Source: Cirrosporium novae-zelandiae (Eukaryota). From it: a DNA stretch of 64,000 nt. The DNA lies in contig JAPETS010000006.1 of assembly GCA_026023565.1 (NCBI GenBank), forward strand, positions 186,001 through 250,000, given 5' to 3'. The position numbers and the translations under genes are program-made. Positions 39,680 to 54,566 of this stretch are shown piece by piece (the first letter of the stretch is position 1; each line of letters opens with the position of its first letter). Below the pieces are notes generated by a model. It was not told where the DNA came from. It did not search any database and saw nothing but the letters and a program-made list of their open reading frames with translations.

Positions 39680-41148
39680 TTTGGGGGCTTGATGAGGATA
39701 TGTAGACGTCTCCAAAATGGTTGAACAATTTGAGGCCGTCAGGTCGACCGTCGCAATTCTCTTTTGGTTTGTTGTATTGCGGTCCACCTTCCGTGAGGAT
39801 ATGGATGATGGTACTTGTGATGGCGCAATTGGTTCCGTCCTCCTAAATGAGCGAGACCGATGATGATTAGAATTCAAATGTATGATAGATACAGAGAGGA
39901 ATGGTAGAAAGAAGTTGGGAGTGAGTTTGAATGAAGATGGGAGAAAATATGCGAGAGGGTGGTGGTTATGGGTCTAGGATACTAAACTCCCAGCCTCCCC
40001 TGCCACATCTTTTTGGAGGTTGACAAATTAACGTACTAACACGATTTTTTTTCAGGTGGCTGGATAAACGCTGACAAGATTCCTTTTAATTGTTTCAAGG
40101 GATCCACATCCCCTTTAGCAATTGCATTTTTTTTGAAAGTCGTTAACTAAGCCTTGAATTTTTCTAATGAATAAGAAAAAGTTGCGGTGGAGAGGAATGA
40201 TTCACCGTGTTTACAGAGCGCAAAGGTCCCTAGCAACGAGCGCATATGGCTTTTCTCGCAGCCTCGGCACAATAAAGCATAGTCTTGATAAAATGAAGAT
40301 AATTATCAAGATAAATTCATCCCTTTATCCGATTATTATAATGTTCACGACACCGCATTACTTTGGAACTCTTCTAAAATTTACATCATACTTGCCGCGT
40401 TGACCTCTTGGTATCTCGCATGATCGGAACCCCACGATAGTTCGGCGGCCGAGCCCAGCTATCACTTACAGGGGTATAACCGAGTGTTAGTCGGTCACGG
40501 CGGCTTAGCCTAATCGATAGGGAAGCTCTGCCGAAAGTTTGTCCAACCAAGAACATTAAAAATTGTTTTCTGCCCAACGCCTGGTACCTTTCATAAGGCT
40601 TTCCAATGCGTTGTTGGCCAACTCATACACTTTATTAGAGTACCATCGAACACCTAGAATCTGCAACGTTCCATTCTGATCCATTAGGCCATCATCGAGT
40701 AGTCAGGCACACTTCACAACTCATTGGACTGACTCATGGAAATTCCCCAGATTGAGTTGAATGTGTGCATTCTGCCAGTATTCCATTGTGGAGATGAGGG
40801 ACAGATGAGGGACAATTTGCATATGCTGTTTATACCAAATATTTACAATTCAAAAGAAAGCACAATCCCGGGGATTTTGTATTTATATATATGCTTTGCA
40901 TCCAAAAGAAAGCAATGGTATTTGCATTCCACGTTAGGCTGTAGTCATAATACAATCAGTAAAAGTATCAGCGCAATTCAGATATCCTCCTAATGCATAA
41001 AATCACTGAGCGGACCATAAATACAAAACGCCAGGAAATGCTGGAGGAGCTTTTGTCCATCACAATGTCCATCACAGTGTCCACCTTCGCGTTTCCTTGC
41101 CAATCATTACATCGGTCATCTATAATCTTTGGGACATTAAGTTCTTCA

Positions 41149-41916
41149 TCAGAAAGCACCCGCAAACCCAATTGCCATCCCAACCCCAATACCATACATT
41201 GCTCCAGTGCACCTTGCTGGTGCTGCATTTCCAGTTGCGGTTCCAAATGCATCGCACTGTGTTTCCCGGAGCCCGTAACACCCTTTGGCACTCAGGCTTG
41301 AACATATTGAAATTGCTGCCGCCGTACCTGTAGCTGCCTGCGTCACGCCTCCTCCCGCAGCCGAGATTGTCACAGCATAGCCCATTGTTGCAAGAGATGA
41401 TGTGCAACTTGAGTACTCTGTTTGGCAGCTCGAATAGGCTGAAGTACACTCAGCTGCATTAGGGTAAGTTGTTGGTATATACACCCAAGGGAAGTATGGA
41501 TTTGTGATGGTGCTAGCTGCGACTGTCGCAGTGGCCGTGGTTGATCCAAAGGCAAAGCCGGAAGTTGAAGATGTTGTTGTTGTCGTCGTCGTTCCGCCAA
41601 GAACTAGACCGGATGTTGTTGAGGCAGAAACATAGTTAATTGTTCCAGTGCAAGCAGCACGGGTGGGGCAGCAGGCTACGTTACTATTCTCATCCAGTGT
41701 ACAAGTCGCCGTTGTTGTGCAGCATGCATTTGCATTGCCCATATTTGAGCAGGAATTGTATCCAGTAGGGCAAGTAGCTCGTTTTAGAAGCTCCCGCTCC
41801 AACTCTTCAGATGAGAAAAAGACATCTTCGAATGGAAGAAGGAATGGAGAGTAATTATTCGGAGCAGCCCATGAGAGCGTCAGGTAGACGAATATGTACA
41901 GCGCGTATGCGCGCAT
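41149..41916 (-). CDS. Secreted Cys-rich, Thr/Ser-rich protein, probable GPI anchor
   Basis: 255-aa ORF with signal peptide, Kex2-like LLKR, CPTGYNSC...ACC...VACCP and C-terminal GNAA plus hydrophobic tail. Confidence 0.85.
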   Translation of the reverse strand: MRAYALYIFVYLTLSWAAPNNYSPFLLPFEDVFFSSEELERELLKRATCPTGYNSCSNMGNANACCTTTATCTLDENSNVACCPTRAACTGTINYVSASTTSGLVLGGTTTTTTTSSTSGFAFGSTTATATVAASTITNPYFPWVYIPTTYPNAAECTSAYSSCQTEYSSCTSSLATMGYAVTISAAGGGVTQAATGTAAAISICSSLSAKGCYGLRETQCDAFGTATGNAAPARCTGAMYGIGVGMAIGFAGAF

Positions 41917-43028
41917 TCTCAGAATGTACGGCTGAACTGAATCTGTCTCAAGTCAGATTCGAATGAGCAGAGGTTCAAAATATAGAAATCAAAATATCTT
42001 ACCAATTGTTTAGATGAATTTCAATATATATTCTAGAAGGCAGAATTTGAAGGCTGTTCGAAAGACTAATATTTAAGTATCCGAAGATGAAAGGTGAAAA
42101 GATGAACTGTGAAGCTTTGCCAGCTGGCTAAAGGCTGTAAGTACTGTGGTGTAATGGACCGATTGGGGGGCATTATGACATCTAACGATTTGACCCAGCA
42201 ACCGGAAAAACATTTAATTTGAGTCGGACCGTGAGAAGCCGAGGAGAAGTCCCAACCATTTCTTGGCCCGACTCGCTCGACTCTTTTAACCCAACCATTT
42301 TAGCGCTTGGTCCGTGCTTTTTCTTACCGCTCGGAGACTATAAATTCTCTTCCATTTCCACTTTCTATTCTTCAGCTCTGTGAGTTTTCACCAGTCTTAC
42401 CCTACATTTTGATATCTCTTGCTAATAATGTCTTCGCAGCTTTGCCTTTTGGCTTAGATCAAGTGTAGTATCTGTTCTTTTCAGTTTAATCTCTGAAATG
42501 GTTCTAAGGAACCAAACATTGATTAATCTTATTTTTGGCATTGGTGAAGAGGCCTCTGTGCTTGCGCATGTCTCCTTACACTGTGTCCCTGGTATTACAC
42601 TATCTCCAGGTGACGCGAACTCTTTTTTCATCATCTACTTCGGCTTGTCTGGAGATTTGAAGGAGAATTTACAATATATCAGTAACTGCGTAGGCTATTT
42701 AGGGTGAGTAATGACAACTCCTCTCTACGGTTGATGCATGGATGGTGAGAATTGATAAAGTTTTATCTCAGGTACATACAGCCAGGAGGGGTAGGTGCTT
42801 TCACATGTCTCGATAATAAACCCCAGGTTCGAATATATGAGCTTAATTCTTGAAACAAAACCCTAAATTTAAATACAGGCAGTGGCCATAGGCCCAAAAA
42901 GTATATATATCTTATTATCATGCATTCATGATTCATCCGTCCATCCATCTATTCATCATCATCATCATCATTTGAAGCAGACTGAGAAATTATGTTTTTC
43001 TTCAGACATTAGCTTTTTAGGCTCAAAG

Positions 43029-44639
43029 ATGGAGAGCAGCAATCTGAAACCCCTGGAGCTCGTTAGAGGAAATGGTCGGAATAGCTCCTACACCTATGGA
43101 AAAGATGGTTTCTTGGTCAGCGGCTTCAAACGAGAGTTGCCCTCTCAACTGAACAACCTACTGTTTCCTGATAGGCTCAAAGGCAAAATAGCACAAAATC
43201 ATGCTCTAGAGGATGCCCAAAAGATAATCAAAAAGCCATGGATTACTGCTCAACTGCGACACTATAGTATTCCACTTGCCTCCAAGACCACTGTGAACGA
43301 ACTTCGAGATCTTCTTGAGAAGAGTGTTCAGCAAGGAAATGTTGTTACAATATCCATTCCATGATATCCAAATTAACTAACATAGTATTTTTGTCAGTGC
43401 AATACCATCCCTACCTCCATCCTCAGTATTGAGGCCAGCCTTAGAGAACAATACCACACCAAGAATGCTGAACACCTTGCCGCCGAATCTGAACGGTTGA
43501 AAGTTGCGTTTTCAGAACTAGGCTCACCAAGCAAGGAGGCAAAGAGTGACATAAACCTCTTCCTCTCAAAATATTTTCTTGACGGACAAGGCAATCCTGA
43601 TAACTCCAAGATGCAGTCGCCCCTAGTAGTCCTTGAGTTGACAGGACATGAGCTGCGAGATGCCGTTGAAAAAATCTCGGGTTTACATATATTTTGCACA
43701 AGCCGTTCATGGTATGATGGAGATGCCGCAATTGGATGGGATGAGTCGAATGTTGAGAACGTGGTAAACAAACTAGCAGCCAAGAAGGCGGCAGCGAAAC
43801 GCCAGATGGCTGAAGAGGCTCGACAGAAAATTCTTCAAAAGAATGACATTAAGTGGAAGAGCAAAATGCAGAAGCACCACGAGTTTATCTCCAAGAATCC
43901 CTCTAAACCCACTAACCACAAACCAGTGATACAGTACGCCAGCGGATTTTATGTCATTAGTTGCGACGAAATTCCGCGTAACTGGCATAATATAGATGAT
44001 CTAGGACTTAGAATTATTCTAGGGCGCTTTAACAGTAATGCGTTAATAGGTATCTTCGAGTTTGGGGTTTTGTTGGGAATTATGCGCTTTGAATGGAAGC
44101 TTGATGAAATCTCAGTCTCGGACACAGAGGACGACAGCGGTGAAGAAGAGGAAGAAGAGGAAGAAGAGGAAGAAGAGGAAGAAGAGGAAGAAGAGGAAGA
44201 AGAGGAAGAAGAGGAAGAAGAGGAAGAAGAGGAAGAGGAAGAGGAAGAAGAAAAGTACTACAGCCGAAAGCCCACTACCAGCAGCCTATGGGAATCCAGC
44301 AAAAAACGCGGCCCAACTAAATCACAGGACCCTCCACCTCCAAAGCGCGTAAAAGGATCCGTCTCTTCGTCCCGCCGCCGCATCCACTTTCGCTACCGCT
44401 GTCGTGAAACCGGAGAAAACGTGATCCAACTCGACTACAACAAGGGGTTCAGGGGTTACATCGAATTTACAGATGCGAGCTTTACAAAGTTCAAGGGTTC
44501 GTTTGACGGGACCTTTGTCGGTAGAGATGTTCCGTTTGAGGGATTCAAGGTCGGGGCACTTGGAGGTCCTGCGACTAGGCACTGGAGCGACTATTCTCAG
44601 AGTGTGTATGAGGAAGAATGGATTGGGAGGTGGAAATGA
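43029..44639 (+). CDS. Hypothetical protein with 37-residue poly-Glu tract, 2 exons
   Basis: Exon 43029-43340 and exon 43398-44639 join in phase 0 across an intron with branch CTAAC and acceptor CAG, but the donor (GTTGTT) is atypical. Confidence 0.7.
44142..44252 (+). repeat. Coding tandem repeat (GAAGAAGAG)10 plus variants, encoding 37 Glu
   Basis: Ten perfect 9-mers at 44142-44231 followed by further GAA/GAG codons. Confidence 0.95.
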
Positions 44640-45138
44640 TACCAATGGTGGTAGAACTCTGCATTTCTTCCTCCTTCTTCTTTCCCTTATGTAGTGGTGT
44701 TTAGCGGGAGGGAGGTTCTTGGATAATAAAAATAATAAAAGTTGGCTCTGTACTCAGTTTCAGATTACTTACTCACTCTCCCCTTGATGCTATCTCCGCT
44801 CTTCGCTTCTGGGTATGTATTGTATTGTATTGAAGGATGAAAAAAAATATATATACTGAATATAGTCTATTGTTCGAGTATCTTTTTTTCATCCATGAAC
44901 TCCGTCCGGACTACTTCTTTGTTAGGGTGGTAAGCCAACACTCTTACTTAACTAATCTAAAAGGACGTGGGATATCCGCTACTTGAGCGGATACCCAGTA
45001 TTAGGATATATAACCTGGCTGCGCCATAACATTCTTCTTCTTCTTCTTCTTTTTTAGAAGCATGTATTATCTTCACAATATTTTTAGTTATTTTTATATT
45101 TTTTCAAAAAAATCATGTGTTCCATCTGACCCACCCAA

Positions 45139-47250
<2,112 letters not shown>

Positions 47251-48720
47251 TTTTACTTGTCTATCTTTTAATTAAAGCGACCGAGTGCTGGGGAATGCTT
47301 TCTCTGGCTTCGATATATATAAGCTCAATATGCTATATATATACGCACACAAGAAAAAGTAAAGAGACAACCAATTTAAAACAGTTAAACGGAAGAAAAC
47401 TGCCCAACTAAAAGGTAAAAATTAGACAATTTGCTTTGTTGTTAACTTTACTTAACAAGCTCCATCCCACCTTTTTCATTAATGACATGGAAAGAAAATA
47501 GCGGGGGATGTGCGCTACAAACACAAATCACATCAAACCCACTTGGAATATTGGAGAAAAATGGGGGAGACCCGACCCACAGTCCCCCCCAAGGATACTC
47601 CATACTTAGTAATTTGAAAAAGAAAACGTAAAATTCAAATTCGACGACTTTAGATATTATCCTGTGCCTGCCTTTCAGTTTCCTTGTGTTAATTAACCTA
47701 TCTGAGATGATGATGATGATGATGCGAAGGGTATAGATATTGCTCTTTTTACTGTATAGGCAGAGAATTGGAAAAAGGGTGGTTGTTCTGGAATGTGCAG
47801 ATAGAAAGGGTCTGAAGGTTGTCTTTAAACGTGTATCCACCGTGTTTGAGTTTTCTTTATGATCATGATATATATTGTGCTTTTTATTCCTGTCGACCGA
47901 TTCTGGCTTCTTTTAACTAGACAGCTTGTTCCAACTTTTAATGGAATTCTTTGGTCTACTGTTTCTGTTTGCCATAGTATCTGATCTTTTTATCCTCATA
48001 GGTTATGAATAAATCATTCAACAGCGGTCTTGATTTGCTACACTGCATTAGCTAGGATAACCATCCAAGGAAAGTTCCATTCAATGAGGTTCTCAAATAT
48101 CGCCCGTCTATGCAGTAAATTATTCCTAAAATGCCTATACATTACTAGGTTATTGGTATTGAATCTCCACGCCTGGATAACTAAAGCATCTGACTAGCTT
48201 CAAAAACCGTGATATTAATCGTTTCATGTTGAGAAGCTTGGGAGTACTCTGGGCAAAATGGGCGACTGCTTCATTTGTCTAAGAGCTAAATACTAATAGC
48301 CCACCGTTTAAAGAACGTTGGAGGTAGGGACTTAATTATAGGAGCATATTAATACTTCTTTGCACTGGCTTTTAAGGATGCTATCTTCCGCGTTCGAATA
48401 CCACAATTCCCGGCATTGCGTCGATGGCTTGTCATTAGCTCTGTACCCCCAGAATTGACCTACCCCAGAATAATCTATCTAAATATAGTAGGTGACATGT
48501 CAATCTTCTACCATAGGTAGATCCAAGAAATTAATACTGTAATGGCTGCGTTAAGCTAGGGCTCGTTTAAGAAAGTCGAGAAATTGTAGGACAAGGTTGC
48601 GCTGGTAGGATGTGTGCGCCGGGAATGCTCCCATGTGATGGTACAACCTTTGACAACTAAAGGAGAAACAAGAATTTTGGCTTCAATTTGAACAAGGTAC
48701 TCTGTCAATATATATTTGAA

Positions 48721-50420
48721 ATGACGGTTAATATGGCTGATTCAGACGATAAGCCTGGCACGGTACACGAAAATTTGAAACATGAAGAATCTATCCATGA
48801 ACCAATCGACCCAGTCATCGAACGCAGACTTGTATGGAAAATTGACCTTCATGTTCTTCCCATGGTTTTTGTTCTCCACCTGCTAGCCTTTCTCGATCGC
48901 ATTAACATCGGAAATGCTCGGATCCAGGGAATGGAGAAAGATTTGAACATGAATGGAGTGCACGATTGCAACATTGCTCTTTTAATGTTCTTCATTCTTT
49001 ATATCCTCCTTGAGCCACCAAGCAATTTGCTCATGAAGAAAGTCAAACCATCCACGTGGTTATCGTCTATAATGTTCCTCTGGGGTATTCAACTTGTACC
49101 TATCCTTTTAGCATTTGCCTTAATGGCTAATTACATGAGGAATCAGGTGTAATCACTGTCTGCGAAGGCGTCACCAAAAGTTTTACCGGTCTTGTGGTTT
49201 GTCGCACATTTCTTGGAGCCTTTGAGGCCGGCTTCGTTCCAGGTAAAGGAAGAATTGAAATTGACACTCTATTGGCTTACCTTTGCAGGATGCTTCTATC
49301 TAGTCTCGATGTGGTATAAACGAGCAGAGTTGCAGAAACGGTTCACTGTTTTTTTAGTTCTAGTATTCTTGCAGGAGTTTTTGGAGGCGTAAGGATCCAA
49401 AATATCCCTAAGCATATTCACCAAACTTACCTAGTTCTAGCCTTTTGCCTACGCCATCGCCAACATGGACGGAGTCGGTGGTTATGGAGGTTGGCGCTGG
49501 ATATTCATCATCGAAGGGCTAATCACAATAGTCCTTGCAATGGTCGGCAAATGGTTTATCGTTGACTTTCCCGAACAAGCCAAATATCTGACACTCGAAG
49601 AGAAAGCGATTGTCATACGTCGTTTGAAAGATGACATTCCGGAAGCTAGAATGGATACGTATGATAGAAAGGCTTTGAAACAGGCTGTTAAGGACTGGAA
49701 GATCTATATCGGATATTTTGCCTTTTCTTTTTTTGGATATGGTCACCGAAATCGTACTAATACGAAGACCGGACCAGAACGTTTATGTATTTTGGCGTGG
49801 TCAACAGCGGATATTCGGTATCTTTCTTCACTCCGACAATCCTTGGCCAACTAGGATGGACTTCAATTCAGGCACAACTCATGAATATTCCTATCTATTG
49901 CGTTGCCGCCGTGGTAAGTATTATCTGTGCAATCCTCAGTGATCATTACCGCCATCGGTATGGCTTCACAATATTAGGATGCTGCGTTGCTACAATTGGA
50001 TATGTGTTATTGCTTGCTCAACGACATGTTGATGTTGGGGTCCGATACTTTGGCATGTATCTCATTACCACAGGTGGATATATCACTCAGCCAATGACGT
50101 TGGAATGGCTATCGAATAATCAAGCTGGACATCTGAAGCGATCATTTTCTTCGGCTTTTCAAATAGGCTTTGGTAACATCGGTGAAATTGTTGCAAGTAA
50201 CATCTATATCACTGGTCAAGCTCCGACATACCCTGTGGGCTTCGGTGTCAGTCTAGGTCTTATCTGGGTGACAGGAATTGCTTGCACGATATTCTTCGTG
50301 GGAATTAGAATGGAAAACAAAATTCGCAATCATGGTGGACGAGGTGACAGGTTGAGTCTTCCTGCAGATGAGGTGAATAACTTGGGAGATGACCATCCGA
50401 ACTTCAGATTCATATACTGA
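48721..50420 (+). pseudogene. MFS anion:cation symporter (Dal5/Tna1-like), probably disrupted
   Basis: Motifs KIDLHVLP, FLDRINIGNAR, FEAGFVPG, GWRWIFIIEG and LGDDHPNFRFIY. There is a frameshift in the T7 run at 49349-49355, and intron 4 begins with AT instead of GT at 49713. Confidence 0.7.
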
Positions 50421-51952
50421 AGTACGAAGATTGGTGAATCAATTATCTTGACTGGAATCGGATCATGTGTAGACAACTTGTCTAGAGCTCTAAGAGTTGT
50501 TGATTTCGAGTTACATTGGAGTGGTAACGTTATGTGGCTTGAGATAAGATGATGCAAGATATGCATTCATCCAAATTTGTCAAGTGTAAATGTCACAAAG
50601 TTTATTGGGAATAGCTCTAGATTGTTTCGGCCAAGTCTAAAGCATACTTCAATAGTTACGGTGGTCACTCGAACCGTTAAAATGATTTTTGATTTATGTA
50701 AATGGTCAGGTGAAGAGCTGGTAAAAAGGAAATGACTGGCTTTAGGACAGCCACATTAGAAGGTTTGAAGGGGGCCTTAGGGAGGTCTGAGGGAAAGCTG
50801 AGGGAGAGTGATGTGCCTGAAAAATGATGATGATAACGTTTGACAGGTGCCCCAGCGTGCCGACTTGGTAGGTGTCTAAGGTGTCGAACAGAAGACGATA
50901 GGAGGAAAGGAAGAAGAAGATGTAGAAGAGTCTAATCTGAAAATGGAAAGAAACGACATTTTGGCTTTCAGCTAAGAATTCCCTGCAGATAACAAAATAG
51001 CCAAGAAACCAACCCGAGATCCTCTCTCGGGTAAATCGGACATTCCATTCGTACATGTACAACTGTACAACTGTACAACAAGGATAACAAACACAACAAC
51101 TCGAAAGCGGAAAACTCCCGTGGTTTTTCTTCCTGCTTCTTCTTTGGTTTTTCGGAAAGAAGGGAATTAGTCTAAGGCATTGAGGGGTTAGCTAATAAGG
51201 GAAATAAATACAGGAAATTATAAACATGGATCCTTTGTTTTTGCACCCATACCTAGGTACAGTAGTTCTAGTACACTGTACTGTAATGTAACCATGTAAA
51301 ATTTCATTCCGCACTGATCAAGCGGCCACTGAAAGGTTGAAGTCATGATCAGCAGCTTGAAGTGGGAAAGTCCGAGAGCTTTGGCACTTCCCAAAGTAAC
51401 TGCGCGATTTAGTTGCGGGGGCTCATGATCATGTCCCCACTCTCTTTCCTTCCCTTGGTGCTTTCCTTGATGTTCTGGTAAGGCTGTCCCTGACGTCTTT
51501 TATTACTCGAATACTGTATGTATGTAACCATCTCTTCCTCTTCTTCCTTTTCTTTCTTCTCCTCTTCTTTATCCTTCCCCTCCCAATTCATCATCCATCA
51601 CCTATTTCATCATAATAGTATCGATTTTTTATTACCAACAGAGCGGACGCATCCCGCTTTCCTCATACCGAGGATAGAGGCCTGACACAGGCAGCGGAGG
51701 GTCCGATTGTAGTCGCTGAACCAGAACCCTATAGCTAAGGAATACTCTACGAAAAAACCTCAAGCCTTTTTAAACATTTACTTCTGGTCCAAATGTTCGA
51801 CTTCGTCGCCCTCCGGAGACCCTTCTCCCGCAGCAAACTTAGCCGTTTCAATAAGATTCCTTTGACTGAACGAAACATCCAAGAGTTTCTGAATTATCAA
51901 GATCCCGAGAACTGTGCCAAACCCCCAGACGACTTTTTGCTTGAAGAGAAAC

Positions 51953-53368
51953 ATGCCCGTCACCAACTTCAACGTTCCCGAGATATACAAATATCAGAAT
52001 GGCTTCAGCAGCTATCATGAGTTAGCTCCTAGACTCAACATTTTATGACTAGATAAGCTGACATGTTGTTCTAGGACTGAAGCCATCAAAGGTGCACTGC
52101 CCATAGGTGCCAATTCGCCCCAAAAACCACCCTATGGTCTATACACCGAGAAACTCTCGGGAACGTCCTTTACAGCTCCTCGTAATTCAAATCTTCAGTC
52201 ATGGCTCTATCGTATCTTGCCTGCCTGCGCCCATTCTCCCTTCGAACCTCAAGAAGCCACAACTTTCAACACCAATCCCGAAAATGACAGATCTCACAAA
52301 GTTTATCAAATTCCAAATCAACTTCGATGGGACCCCTTCGACCTCAACGAAACCGTCGATTGGGTTCATGGCCTTCATTTGGTGGCAGGAGCAGGTACTC
52401 CGGTGATGAAAAGTGGTTTAGGCATCATAATATTTGCAGCTGGAAAGTCAATGGATCCTCATTCTGCTTTTTACAGTGCCGATGGCGATTTCCTGATTGT
52501 TCCCCAACACGGTGTTCTCGACATTCGCACCGAACTTGGCCCCATTCTTGTTCGGCCCAATGAAATCTGTGTCATCCCTCGAGGAATTCGTTACCAAGTT
52601 TCACTTCCACACGGCCCTGTACGTGGCTATATCCTTGAGCTTTACGAAAATCACTTTCAACTCCCTGAGCTTGGCCCTATCGGTTCCAATTGTCTGGCCA
52701 ACGCAAGGGATTTCCAAGCACCCATTGCCTCCTATACTCAAGATACCTTCAACACTTACACCCTGGTCTCCAAGTTTGATGGTCACCTCTTCACTGCAAC
52801 CCAGAATCATACACCATTCGACATTGTTGCCTGGCATGGAACATACTATCCGTACAAGTACGACCTGGGTCGTTTTTCTACCATCGGCAGTATCTCGTTT
52901 GACCATCCCGACCCTTCGATCTTCACTGTACTCTCCGCCCCATCATCCACTCCCGGCACCGCTATAGCTGACTTTGTCATCTTCCCTCCTCGCTGGCTCG
53001 TTCAAGAAGACACATTCCGTCCGCCTTGGTACCATCGGAACACCATGTCTGAATTCATGGGTCTCATCCATGGTTTTTACGACGCCAAAGCCGGTGGGAA
53101 GGGCGGATTCGAACCTGCTGGTGCTTCTCTGCACAATGTGATGTCTGGTCATGGTCCTGACGCCACCACCCATTACAAAGCTAGTACAGCAGAGTTAGCT
53201 CCTATGAAAGTCGGACAAGGTAGCATGGCGTTCATGTTTGAGAGCTGTTTGATGGTCGGTGTGACGGAGTGGGGACTCAGCACTTGCAGTAAGGTGCAAG
53301 CAGAGTATAACAAGGAGAGCTGGGAGACATTGAAAGTCCACTTTAAACCTCCCGAACAAGGCAGTTGA
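51953..53368 (+). CDS. hmgA: Homogentisate 1,2-dioxygenase, 2 exons
   Basis: [23 protein letters not shown], intron 52021-52074, then [73 protein letters not shown] and [13 protein letters not shown]. Confidence 0.96.
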
Positions 53369-54566
53369 AGTGCTGATGGAAACACGACAAAATATTTGAT
53401 TGATGATAATATAACTCGGGATGGGAAACCAGATTTGGGTCCCTGGGTTGGTGAGAGTTGATCGAATTTTCTTTTTGGGCTCGATTCGACGGAAGCTAGG
53501 TACTTGCTGCATTGATTGCGCATGGTATTGCTTATACGTTGAAGAATACCTGCATTCTGTTTTCTGCTTCTTGATTCATATCGCAGGAGTTGGGTCCTAA
53601 TCATGTTCCTGTGTCTACAGTTGCTAGCAACTATTTACCTCTTACTATTTCCTTTTTTGTTCTACTGTACTATCTGTATTACTACTTACAGAACATATCT
53701 TCCAGTTCGACCCGATCCATGTTTTGGAATCAAATCAGGGCGGAATCTCACCAGATTAACTAATCGACTGACAGAAGCAAGCACATTTATTAATTGCTTT
53801 CCCAGATTGTCTTTTCGTCTGCGCGATGAGTTATGCGTTATGGGAATAGAATTGCTTTAGATGCACACGCATATCATATATATGAAATCGGCTTGCTTAT
53901 TGGTAGCCGTTAATCGAATACAAACACACATAAATTATTATCCCCGAATTGGATATAAAATTTTCATCATAATTAAATAAATACTTTCACTTGACCAAAG
54001 GGGCACCATTCGAAATTTACTCTCTCTCTTCCCAAAGCCTAGAAAAACAAGGTTGAATTTGTGACAAGTATATGAAATGTTTACTACTAAAGCAAATAAG
54101 AGAAGGGACGATAATTAGAGATGTTTTATTAGCGTATGCAGTTAAAAGAAATTTATCATGTGTGTGAAAATTTTCTTTTGGAGTTTGAGATACCTTAGGG
54201 GGGTTGTACTTGTAGGTGTGGTACATGTACTGTACAAAAAGGGGTATGAAGGTTGCTTAGAGGACGGATAGGAAAGGCGCGAGGGGGGGAAGCTTTATCT
54301 ATATAACAATAGTTTGGGGAAAGGTAAAGGAAAGAAAGTATATATAGTGTACATGTGCATGTATTACTACTAGGTACTAGATTAACTAACTAGTAGATTA
54401 AATTAAATAAATAGTTAAACAGTCTGGGTAGTTGAATAATTTTATTTATTGTTTGTAGACTGGAGAGTTTTTTTGATTTACATTCTAGATACATCACCAC
54501 CAAAACCAAAGTACCACTCCCTAAACCCAATTTAAATTTTGAACCTGCACTACATACTACATGTTT

